From assembly GCA_031285625.1 (NCBI GenBank), contig JAITVV010000090.1, forward strand, positions 1 through 35,246: a stretch of 35,246 bases of DNA, in the 5' to 3' direction. Positions 1-9,425 of this stretch are shown here, one piece after another. Each line of letters starts with the position of its first letter. Within the stretch, counting starts at the first letter, position 1. A program made the position numbers and the translations under genes. This DNA is from Prevotella sp. Its GTDB lineage: Bacteria; Bacteroidota; Bacteroidia; Bacteroidales; Dysgonomonadaceae. The notes below the pieces were generated by a model. That model saw only the letters and a list, made by a program, of their open reading frames with translations, ran no database searches and was not told the DNA's origin.

Positions 1-1
1 C

Positions 2-385
2 GGCGCTTCGCATTCGCCCGGGCGCCGGCTTACAAAATTCAGGGGAGTAGACCTGAAATCGGGAAGGGAGCTGTTCTGCCACGGGATTGGCAACTGTACG
101 GTGAACACGGGCGAATTCCTGGGCATCGTCCACGGGCTGAAGTATATCATGGAGAATGGGTACTCCCCAAAGGTACTGTATACGGATAGCCCGGCGGCAA
201 TCTCCCGGCTAAACAATATGAAGGCTTCCTCTGAAAGGAGGGATGTCCGGGTTGCCAAAGCGGAGGTGTTTATCCGGGTGTTTTCATTTGAGATTAGCAG
301 GATTGAGGTCTTCGACTGGAATAACAGCGTATGGGGTGAAAATCCCGCGATTCCGGTAATAAACAACCCGGGCGATGGCTTATAG
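2..385 (+). pseudogene. Ribonuclease H (Bacteroidales mobile-element type), 5'-truncated by the window edge and apparently frameshifted near the C-terminus
   Basis: Frame 2 is open from position 2: GASHSPGRRLTKFRGVDLKSGRELFCHGIGNCTVNTGEFLGIVHGLKYI...LYTDS...WNNSVWGENPA. This has the RNase HI motifs N.GEFL, YTDS and WGE.PAD. The expected ending (D-F-G-N-K) appears as DSGNK (gat tcc ggt aat aaa, 349-363) in a shifted frame. Confidence 0.75.
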
Positions 386-578
386 GAAGAGCGAAGAAAA
401 CTCGTTTGTCAGGCTAAAGGAGAAGGATTACCTGGCTTTGATACGTTCCTACATTACCCTCAGGGCGCTCGAAGAAGCGGGAGTTAAAAGCCTGCCCATG
501 TACAAAAGCGCCATGAGTATTATGAACGATAACAGGATTGAAGTGCATATAAAGCCTGTGGACAAAAGGTACAAATAA
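375..578 (+). CDS. Small hypothetical protein (67 aa), likely a mobile-element gene coupled to the RNase H gene
   Basis: ATG start directly at the end of the RNase H gene, plausible composition, and located in the same GC-richer segment. Confidence 0.65.
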   Translation: MAYRKSEENSFVRLKEKDYLALIRSYITLRALEEAGVKSLPMYKSAMSIMNDNRIEVHIKPVDKRYK

Positions 579-913
579 CGGAAAAATCCGTGTATGTAGC
601 TGTACATGCCGTTCCCCGCCGGTAAGCCCGGCTGTAAACTTTTTATTTTTATAATGGACAGGAAAAGAGTTGGATATGAGAATATGTCTGTATATCTTTG
701 CCCTGTCCGTTTTTTTATAATAATTGCCCCCTGTGTAGTATACGTTGTAGTACAGGAATGTTATAGCCGGATTAATATACTAGTAATCAGTCGGATGAAA
801 ATTAAAGAAACTTGTCAAAGGTAACAGGTTTTATATAACTTTTGGTTGTAACCTTTTTAGTTCCCTATTCTATTAATTATTATTGATGTATATTATCATT
901 CTATATTCTACTT

Positions 914-1016
914 TGTCATTGGCACCGCCGAACGTTGTTTCTGAGGGAAACAAAGAATCTCTTCCCTTTTGTCCATGATAAATGACTCGAGATGTTTCAC
1001 TCCGTTCAACATGACA
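914..1016. repeat. REP-like imperfect palindromic element (TGTCAT...ATGACA)
   Basis: The left arm TGTCATT-(20 nt)-CTGAGGGAAACAAAGAATCTC and the right arm GAGATGTTTCACTCCGTTCAACATGACA face each other as inverted arms. Confidence 0.55.
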
Positions 1017-1087
1017 ACGAAGGTAGAGTATTTTATACAGCAATAATATTTCAAAGAACTTACTATTAGACAAAAATAATATAATTA

Positions 1088-1990
1088 TTAACCCAACAAA
1101 CCTTTGCTCACATTCCATCTGAATTGTAACAGTTTCCACCCTTTTCCGGGTGACAATTTTAATGTATAAATAACAAACAGGATAAGAGAACCTATCCATT
1201 TTTTGCTTTCAGATAAAATTCTGTTGTTATATGCTTTGGCAGAGATCGCTTTTGTCCTTATACGCTCACTTTTACCAATCGAATAGGTTAGTTCCTTAAA
1301 ATGTGATTCGGTGAGTTTCTTCTCCGGTATATAGTGATGAATACCCATCTGAGGCAGATAATAAAACACCTCGCCTCCACGGGTTAACCTATCGTAAAGG
1401 TCTTTTTCTTCTGCACCGATCAAACCTGTACCTTTTCTGCCCAGATCGACATTGAAAAGGCCATATTTTTCAAAGACTTCCTTTCTAAATGCAGAATTTC
1501 CCCCTCCGGGATATTTCCCATTGCGGAAAGGTTTCACTTTATCCCCCTCATATAATGCTCCACCAATAAGTTGCTCCGTATAATGAGACAACCACTTTGG
1601 TTTCTCAACCTCATATACAGGAACAATAGGTCCTCCACATGCACTAACTTCAGGATGAGCCTCGAAGAATAACTTTATAAATGAAAGATAAAAGTCGAAG
1701 ACTGTAGCATCATCATCTACAAAGATGAGTATATCTCCCCTACTCTCTTTTACCCCCCTGTTGCGAGCATATGAAAGTCCCTGATTCGTTTCCAGGAAAT
1801 ACCGGAAATCCACTTGCGGATAGTCATCCTGAAACTTTTTACATATTTTTTCTGTACTATCTGTACTATTATTGTTTACCATGACTATTTCGTAGTCCTG
1901 ATAAGGAAAATCCTGCTTAGCAATACTCTTCAATGCATTGTAAAGGTATTTTTCCCTGTTGTAAGTACAGAATATTACAGAAAGTTTCAT
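1088..1990 (-). CDS. Glycosyltransferase family 2 (GT-A fold)
   Basis: Motifs LSVIFCTYNR, NNNSTD, NQGLSYARNRG and FVDDD (DxD). Confidence 0.93.
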   Translation of the reverse strand: MKLSVIFCTYNREKYLYNALKSIAKQDFPYQDYEIVMVNNNSTDSTEKICKKFQDDYPQVDFRYFLETNQGLSYARNRGVKESRGDILIFVDDDATVFDFYLSFIKLFFEAHPEVSACGGPIVPVYEVEKPKWLSHYTEQLIGGALYEGDKVKPFRNGKYPGGGNSAFRKEVFEKYGLFNVDLGRKGTGLIGAEEKDLYDRLTRGGEVFYYLPQMGIHHYIPEKKLTESHFKELTYSIGKSERIRTKAISAKAYNNRILSESKKWIGSLILFVIYTLKLSPGKGWKLLQFRWNVSKGLLG

Positions 1991-4545
1991 TTCTTGGTAT
2001 TATCAGTAGCCGGAGTTTCCTCCTCTTTTCTTTTGGGTTTATAATTTAGTATAATTGTACCAATCAGTAGCAGTACCAGAATTCCTGATGAAGCTGTTGC
2101 TACCAAACGGCTGGTTATGTATCCCTTTGGACGGAATTCGAATACAATTTCATGTTCTCCTGCAGGTACGCGCATAGCCCGCAATGTCCAGTCGGCACGG
2201 AAATGAGGAGCTTCTTTTCCATCAATATATGCTTGCCAGCCATTAGAAAAATATATTTCGGAAAGTACTGCCAACTGTTCACTCGCAGCTTTCGATTTAT
2301 ATTTCAACATGTCCGGTTTATATTCTGTAAGCTCGATAGTAGCTGTCGAATCTGAAACTATGGTTAGCCCGCTTAGTTCATTTTCAAAGCGTTTGTCTAC
2401 AATCGCAGTCTGGCGAGGATTCAATGTATTGATTGCCGCAATTTCCTCATCTGCGTTATTTACCATTTTATATTCGTCGACAAACCAAGCCTCTCCTATT
2501 GCATATGGGTTTACTAAAGGCTCCTGTTCCGGATGGAATATAATGTATTTAGCATTCAACATATTCAGCGCTGTTGTTTTACTGAATGAAGATACAATTG
2601 AATCAATATTCTGGGAACTAAATGTTCCTATAATGGTCTTAACTTCACCCTCAAGCCTGTTTTCGATCAACTCCTGATATCGTTTTAGCTTAGCAGCATG
2701 GTATCCTCCTATGGACTTATGAAAATAAGAAGTCTTTGTTTCCTGAAACGGATTGTTCAGATTCAATACCCTGTATGACGGATGCTGATCTTTCAATATC
2801 GCCTGATCGGCAACCGACGGAGAGAAAGATTCTGTTTTATATGCACTTTTGGTTACAAAATTCTTTTCGTTCAGATAACGTTTGTCAACTCCCCAAAGGT
2901 CGATAAGGACTAAAATTACAAGACCAAGGGAACCGTATACTGTCAGTTTTTTTGTTTCCAGTTTGGTACGTAGGGAGAAAAATAATATTGCCCCTGCCAA
3001 TAAAACGAAGATCAATGAGCGCAATGCATCAGATGATAACAGATCTTTACGGTCAGTTAGTAATGCATTATAATACCAGTCAGGAACCTGAGATTTCCAT
3101 TGCACATCAGCTTCGGAAGTAAAGTTGAAAAACGCTCCCGGTACAGCCCACAAGATGAAGCAGATTCCGCCCACTACTCCCAATGATATATATAGAGCCT
3201 TGGTCAGTTTCTTTTTATCAATTTCTCCAGAGAAAAACTCTCTGATACCCCATACTGCTATCATAACCATAGTCAGCGCAGGTACTACTAATGCTGTAGA
3301 TACCGCCCTAAATTTGCTATACAATGGGAAATGGTAAAAGAAAAAGTCGTTGAACCATTCCAGATTTCTACCCCATGCCAAGAATATGAAGAAAATAGAT
3401 GCAGCGAGTAGCCCCCACTTCATATTACTACGTATAATTATCATTCCTAGAATAAAAAGGAAGCAAACAATCGCTCCAAAATAAACGGTACCCTGAGTAA
3501 ATGGCTGATCGCCCCAATAACGCGGAATCACTTGTGCTACCTGATTTGCAAATTCGGCAGGCACCTCTCCCGATTGTACTTTCTGAGTCAATATTTTGAC
3601 ACTCTGAGCATCCTTATCATATGGTATTGATGAACCCCCATATAGGTTAGGAACCAAAAGTGTAAATATCTCCGCCTTTCCATAACTCCAGGCAAAAGCA
3701 TAATCTTTATCAAGTCCTGTCGATTGTTTTTCCGATTCCGATTTTGGTGATGTCAGCTCCGATTGTCCCCTGGTGCTTTCCCTTGCCATTTCGAGATTAC
3801 CATAAATATTACCCATATTGGCAAGTACAGCCAGAGAAATAGCAATGATCATAGCACCACACGACATCAGAAAAGATTTGTAATTTTTCTTCGATAAAAC
3901 ATCTATCGCATATGATATAAACAAAATAACACCCAGAATACCTGTATAGTAAGTCACCTGCAAGTGGTTACTCTTTATCTGCAAAGCAAGCCCCAAGGCA
4001 ACCAATACTCCGGCAAGCAGAATCCTGTTTTTGAAGAGGGACATAATCCCCGCCACAATCAATGGCATATATGCTAATGTCCACGCTTTGGTAGCATGCC
4101 CGGCATTAAGTATTACTATATTGTAAGATGATAACGAATATGCCACAGCTCCTAAAACGGCAATAGCAGGACTGAATCCCATTAAACAAAATAAGATATA
4201 GGCCATAAGCATACCTGCGAAAACAGGGCCTGCAGTAGTACTACCTAATGCCTTAAAAGGCATTTCCAGATATTCCAAAAAATTAGGGCTACCACCATAT
4301 ACCCCTATCTGATAGGCAGGCATCCCTGAAAACATAGAACCTGTCCAAGCTGAGCTTTCACCTTCATTATAGTAATAATCACTGATTTCTTTTGCCGATC
4401 CCTGAAATTGCTCCACATCATGCTGAGACAGAACTTTGCCTTCCAGTAACGGACTAAAATAAACCATTGTTATTGCCAAAAATGCGATAACTGCAATAAC
4501 ATGAGGTAATAATGTTTTTAATAAAGATTGTTCTTTGTTAATCAT
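1987..4545 (-). CDS. YfhO family polytopic membrane protein (GT-C-like)
   Basis: 852 aa with many transmembrane segments. Motifs WTGSMFSGMPAYQI, SIGGYHAAKLKRYQELI and the C-terminal SEIYF..GWQAYIDG...RA..VPAGEHEI.F.F.P. Confidence 0.9.
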   Translation of the reverse strand: MINKEQSLLKTLLPHVIAVIAFLAITMVYFSPLLEGKVLSQHDVEQFQGSAKEISDYYYNEGESSAWTGSMFSGMPAYQIGVYGGSPNFLEYLEMPFKALGSTTAGPVFAGMLMAYILFCLMGFSPAIAVLGAVAYSLSSYNIVILNAGHATKAWTLAYMPLIVAGIMSLFKNRILLAGVLVALGLALQIKSNHLQVTYYTGILGVILFISYAIDVLSKKNYKSFLMSCGAMIIAISLAVLANMGNIYGNLEMARESTRGQSELTSPKSESEKQSTGLDKDYAFAWSYGKAEIFTLLVPNLYGGSSIPYDKDAQSVKILTQKVQSGEVPAEFANQVAQVIPRYWGDQPFTQGTVYFGAIVCFLFILGMIIIRSNMKWGLLAASIFFIFLAWGRNLEWFNDFFFYHFPLYSKFRAVSTALVVPALTMVMIAVWGIREFFSGEIDKKKLTKALYISLGVVGGICFILWAVPGAFFNFTSEADVQWKSQVPDWYYNALLTDRKDLLSSDALRSLIFVLLAGAILFFSLRTKLETKKLTVYGSLGLVILVLIDLWGVDKRYLNEKNFVTKSAYKTESFSPSVADQAILKDQHPSYRVLNLNNPFQETKTSYFHKSIGGYHAAKLKRYQELIENRLEGEVKTIIGTFSSQNIDSIVSSFSKTTALNMLNAKYIIFHPEQEPLVNPYAIGEAWFVDEYKMVNNADEEIAAINTLNPRQTAIVDKRFENELSGLTIVSDSTATIELTEYKPDMLKYKSKAASEQLAVLSEIYFSNGWQAYIDGKEAPHFRADWTLRAMRVPAGEHEIVFEFRPKGYITSRLVATASSGILVLLLIGTIILNYKPKRKEEETPATDNTKK

Positions 4546-4546
4546 C

Positions 4547-5458
4547 TTATTTTGTATTTTTAATATTCTTCTTCAATATGTAAATGAGCGAACTACTGCG
4601 CTCTTTATTTCCGAGTGTCCGTAAAAAATAGACGCCGCCTTTCATCAAGCCGATCAAGGTTGCAAGAAAGCTACCTTTGTTTTTTTCGCTCAGCATAGAG
4701 ATGTAAAATCCATCAAAATACATGGGCTTAGTCTCTATCACTTCAAAGTGATGCCGGTTCGCCAAATGCCGGAAATCAGCAGGGGAGAAATGCCATAGGT
4801 GCCGGGGGACATCGTATGCCGCCCAGCATTCTTTGTAATGGGCTGCATCAAAGGAATCCTTATTGGGCAAAGCTATGATAAGTGTTCCATCATCTTTTAA
4901 TACCTTATATAAGTGCTCCATTACACTATTTAATGGTTCCAGATGTTCCAATACATGCCAAAGTGTAATAACATCCTTTGTCTCACCGGGAATTTCATAT
5001 AGATACTCAGAATCCTGGCAATCTATATCAAACTTCTTTTTTGCATATTGGCGGGCCGATTCCGATTTCTCAATACCGGTTACGATCCATTTCTGTTCTT
5101 TCATCCGGTTTAGAAAATAACCTGTACCGGCACCGACATCCAACAGTTTTCCTTTTTTAATCACTGAATACTTAGTTATTAACTTTGATTTGGAATTCAG
5201 CGATATTTTTCGCGCCCAGTGATATAACGTATTTATAATGCCTTTATTGGTGTCCGAGTGGGATATATATTCCGGAGCGTCATAGTATTTACCAATTTCT
5301 TCCTCTGCCGGAAAATCCTGTGTAAAAGCAAATCCACAAATATTACACTTCTGTATTTGAAAAACCTCTTTGGTCGTCAGCCAGTCTTCACTCGACAAAA
5401 AAGGTAAAACCTCATGGCTTCTGCAAACAGGGCACATAGTAGTATGAATCGTTCTCAT
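4547..5458 (-). CDS. Class I SAM-dependent methyltransferase with N-terminal zinc-ribbon (CPVC...CNIC)
   Basis: LLDVGAGTG SAM-binding motif, DVITLWHVLEH, and PRHLWHF. Confidence 0.9.
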   Translation of the reverse strand: MRTIHTTMCPVCRSHEVLPFLSSEDWLTTKEVFQIQKCNICGFAFTQDFPAEEEIGKYYDAPEYISHSDTNKGIINTLYHWARKISLNSKSKLITKYSVIKKGKLLDVGAGTGYFLNRMKEQKWIVTGIEKSESARQYAKKKFDIDCQDSEYLYEIPGETKDVITLWHVLEHLEPLNSVMEHLYKVLKDDGTLIIALPNKDSFDAAHYKECWAAYDVPRHLWHFSPADFRHLANRHHFEVIETKPMYFDGFYISMLSEKNKGSFLATLIGLMKGGVYFLRTLGNKERSSSLIYILKKNIKNTK

Positions 5459-6249
5459 TTATTAATAGTTATGGGAGTGATTTTCTCTCCATCCCATTTA
5501 TACATCATTGTTTTATACTGAAACTCAATATCTGAGTTCTCATCCGGAGCTTCACCTTCTGCAATCACTTTCAACAGTGTATCTTCCGGTAATTGAGAAT
5601 CGGTGGGATATATCAGATATTCACCATATGAATAGACTCCACCATCACCAACACTCACCGTGTAAGGCAATTCAAGAAAACGGTTTCCGCTCCACCCAAA
5701 GTGGAAGTGATAATTACCGTAGCCACAAGCCTCTCCTGTAAAATATAATTGGACAATATAATTTACATTCTTCAGACTGCCGTCAGGTATAATTTTACCT
5801 TCTGTAAATGATAGAGATCCGGTAGAAACATCAAAACTTTTTCTATCTATGATACTATCATTTCTTATTGCTTTTACCTGAAATTTTACTTTTCCCTCAT
5901 TCGCTCCGGACTCTTTACCATACACAAATTTGGTATCACCTCTCCGCATCTGTGTATATGATAGCACATTACTCCAGAGAAAACCAGATTTGACCTTGTC
6001 TCCTATTTTGTAAGTTATATTTATCCAAAATCCTTTATCTTCACCCACTTTGTCGGCTCCTCCAACATCCTCAATATTTATTTCCTGACCAGCCTTTAAC
6101 TTATCTACAACTTCAGAATCTAAGGTAGGATATTGTCTTACATTCGCTATATCTGCATAGACATACCGCTGTTCGCCTGCATTATAATACCCTTGGGAAT
6201 ATGCAGACAGAGATAACCCTATAAGAAAGAAGAGTATGAGTCGTTTCAT
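5455..6249 (-). CDS. Secreted protein with an N-terminal bacterial SH3-like domain
   Basis: Signal peptide followed by ANVRQYPTLDSEVVDKLKAGQ...W..I......GFLWS. Overlaps both neighbouring genes, consistent with translational coupling. Confidence 0.7.
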   Translation of the reverse strand: MKRLILFFLIGLSLSAYSQGYYNAGEQRYVYADIANVRQYPTLDSEVVDKLKAGQEINIEDVGGADKVGEDKGFWINITYKIGDKVKSGFLWSNVLSYTQMRRGDTKFVYGKESGANEGKVKFQVKAIRNDSIIDRKSFDVSTGSLSFTEGKIIPDGSLKNVNYIVQLYFTGEACGYGNYHFHFGWSGNRFLELPYTVSVGDGGVYSYGEYLIYPTDSQLPEDTLLKVIAEGEAPDENSDIEFQYKTMMYKWDGEKITPITINK

Positions 6250-6908
6250 TATTTATCAAATTGTGTTCTGTCTACTTCATCAAAACTCTTTATTATCTGA
6301 CAATTAGTCCAGCCTGTATAGTTATCATCATTGGAATCAACAACAATAATCTTTCCTGCCTTTGCATTTCTGGCAGCCTGAAGTCCGGCTATCGCATCTT
6401 CAAAGATAATAATGTCTTCGGGATTTTTATTTATAACGGACATCGCTATCTGATAAATCTGAGGATCGGGTTTCCCTTTTATTTTTCCATTATTATAAAC
6501 TACCTTATCATAGTCAAACCATTTAGTAAGGGGTAAATGTTTAAAATAGAAATCGAGATTTTCTTTGCCTGACGCAGTTGCTATCGTAAAAGGAATATTA
6601 TTTTCTTTCAGGAAATCGAGAAAATCTGATGCTCCCGGAGCTAAAGGCATTTCAGTTTGTAAACACAACTCTTGGTAGAGGCCTTCTTTTTCGAGGATAA
6701 AACTTTGGATTTCGTCATCTGATAATGGCTTGTCGAATATGGATAGAAATATGTCTTTATTATTCTTTCCATGCATTTTAAGAAACTTATCCTCATCGGA
6801 TAGATGCAGGTTATATTTAGTTAAAAATATGTCCCAAGCCTTATTATGTAGTTTGGTATCCCAAAATAAAGTACCATTAAAATCAAAGATTACTCCGGAA
6901 AAAAGCAT
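6249..6908 (-). CDS. HAD-superfamily phosphatase (beta-PGM/CbbY-like)
   Basis: Motif I IFDFNGTL, IATAS, KPDPQIY and FEDAIAG. Confidence 0.9.
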   Translation of the reverse strand: MLFSGVIFDFNGTLFWDTKLHNKAWDIFLTKYNLHLSDEDKFLKMHGKNNKDIFLSIFDKPLSDDEIQSFILEKEGLYQELCLQTEMPLAPGASDFLDFLKENNIPFTIATASGKENLDFYFKHLPLTKWFDYDKVVYNNGKIKGKPDPQIYQIAMSVINKNPEDIIIFEDAIAGLQAARNAKAGKIIVVDSNDDNYTGWTNCQIIKSFDEVDRTQFDK

Positions 6909-6932
6909 ATATTATTGTTTATATTTCAGCCA

Positions 6933-6940
6933 CAAATGTA
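6933..6940 (-). promoter_or_regulatory. Bacteroidetes sigma-A -7 element for the HAD-GT2 operon
   Basis: Reverse complement reads TACATTTG (TAnnTTTG), about 25 nt upstream of the HAD start codon. Confidence 0.55.
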
Positions 6941-7073
6941 CGAAATACTTACATATATAGATATTTAAAGATCACACTATTATTATTTTTATAGATATTG
7001 TTAAAACTTTTGAGCTACTATCTGTGTTTAACATTTAAACAATTATAATAATAACACATTTAAAAGACTCGTT

Positions 7074-7676
7074 ATGAAAAAAGATTTAAAAAAAGCAATC
7101 GAAAACCGTAGGACATATTATAGCCTGAGTGACAAAAGCCCGATATCAGATAGTGAGATCAAAGAATTAGTAGATTTTGCGGTATTACACGTTCCTTCTG
7201 CATTTAATTCCCAGTCAACCAGAGTTGTTCTCTTATTAAATGATAATCATAGGAAATTATGGAACATAGTAAAAAAGGTATTGAAAAAAATTGTTCCTGA
7301 GGATGCTTTCCATGCTACAGAGGCAAAAATAGACGGAGCTTTTGCCTCCGGATACGGAACAATATTATATTATGAAGATGAGAGCGTAGTAGAAGGTTTA
7401 CAAAAGGCGTTCCCTTCATACAGTGATAATTTCCCAGTATGGTCTCAACAAACATCAGCTATGCATCAGTTTACAATATGGACATTATTGGAAGAAGCCG
7501 GATTTGGAGCATCGCTACAACATTACAATCCAATAATCGATGAAGAAGTAGCCAAGGTTTTTAATATCAATCCTAAATGGAAACTGATAGCACAAATGCC
7601 ATTTGGAACACCAGTTGGCGAAGTTGGTCCTAAAGAATTTCAGCCATTAGAAAGCAGAGTAGTGGTTTTTAAATAA
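7074..7676 (+). CDS. Nitroreductase family protein (Frm2/Hbn1-like)
   Basis: Motifs NRRTYY, PSAFNSQSTRVV, GASLQHYNP and AQMPFG. Confidence 0.9.
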   Translation: MKKDLKKAIENRRTYYSLSDKSPISDSEIKELVDFAVLHVPSAFNSQSTRVVLLLNDNHRKLWNIVKKVLKKIVPEDAFHATEAKIDGAFASGYGTILYYEDESVVEGLQKAFPSYSDNFPVWSQQTSAMHQFTIWTLLEEAGFGASLQHYNPIIDEEVAKVFNINPKWKLIAQMPFGTPVGEVGPKEFQPLESRVVVFK

Positions 7677-7696
7677 GAAGTGATTCTATATAAAGC

Positions 7697-7728
7697 AAAA
7701 GCAGATGGAAAAATCCATCTGCTTTTTT
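7697..7728. terminator. Bidirectional intrinsic terminator between nitroreductase and tpl
   Basis: Perfect stem AAAAGCAGATGGA-AAAA-TCCATCTGCTTTT(TT) between convergent genes. Confidence 0.85.
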
Positions 7729-7750
7729 AGTCACACCACTTACATTATAT

Positions 7751-9202
<1,452 letters not shown>

Positions 9203-9224
9203 TCACTCAAATATTGTATTTCAA

Positions 9225-9232
9225 CAAATATA
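9225..9232 (-). promoter_or_regulatory. Candidate -7 element for tpl
   Basis: Reverse complement reads TATATTTG, about 90 nt upstream of the start codon. Confidence 0.4.
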
Positions 9233-9370
9233 AAATATTTTCATGGAATAATTACAGTTTGTAGAGAAAATAAAATAACATTTTATCAGATTCAAAAGAA
9301 AGAGCCTTATCTTATTCAAAACATTATTTCTTTTTTTAAAACAATAAAAAACAGTTAAAATTAAACTAAA

Positions 9371-9392
9371 TATTAGATTTGTATTAGATTTG
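9371..9392 (+). promoter_or_regulatory. Tandemly duplicated -7 element upstream of the protease gene
   Basis: TATTAGATTTG occurs twice in tandem, and each copy contains TAGATTTG (TAnnTTTG). Confidence 0.55.
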
Positions 9393-9425
9393 TAGATTGG
9401 ACAAGACATACAAAACACAACAAAA

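Larger units (their letters stand above)
1..830. mobile_element. Probable right end of an integrated ICE/mobilizable element (boundary approximate)
   Basis: Visibly GC-richer sequence to about 635, RNase H plus small ORF cargo, and a TGTAGTA direct repeat at 734-740/746-752 followed by CTAGTAATCAG. Host genes start at 1088 and converge on this region. Confidence 0.5.

Noticed and set aside
606-824. 72-aa plus-strand ORF
   Set aside because: No recognisable motifs and it overlaps the putative element-end signals, so it is probably spurious.
873-1199. 108-aa minus-strand ORF
   Set aside because: Overlaps the GT2 3' end in another frame and reads through the REP-like repeat (CHVERSETS is a translation of the repeat).
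6870-6890. HAD motif I reads DFN instead of DxD
   Set aside because: DxN variants occur in this HAD subgroup, so it is not evidence of inactivation or novelty.
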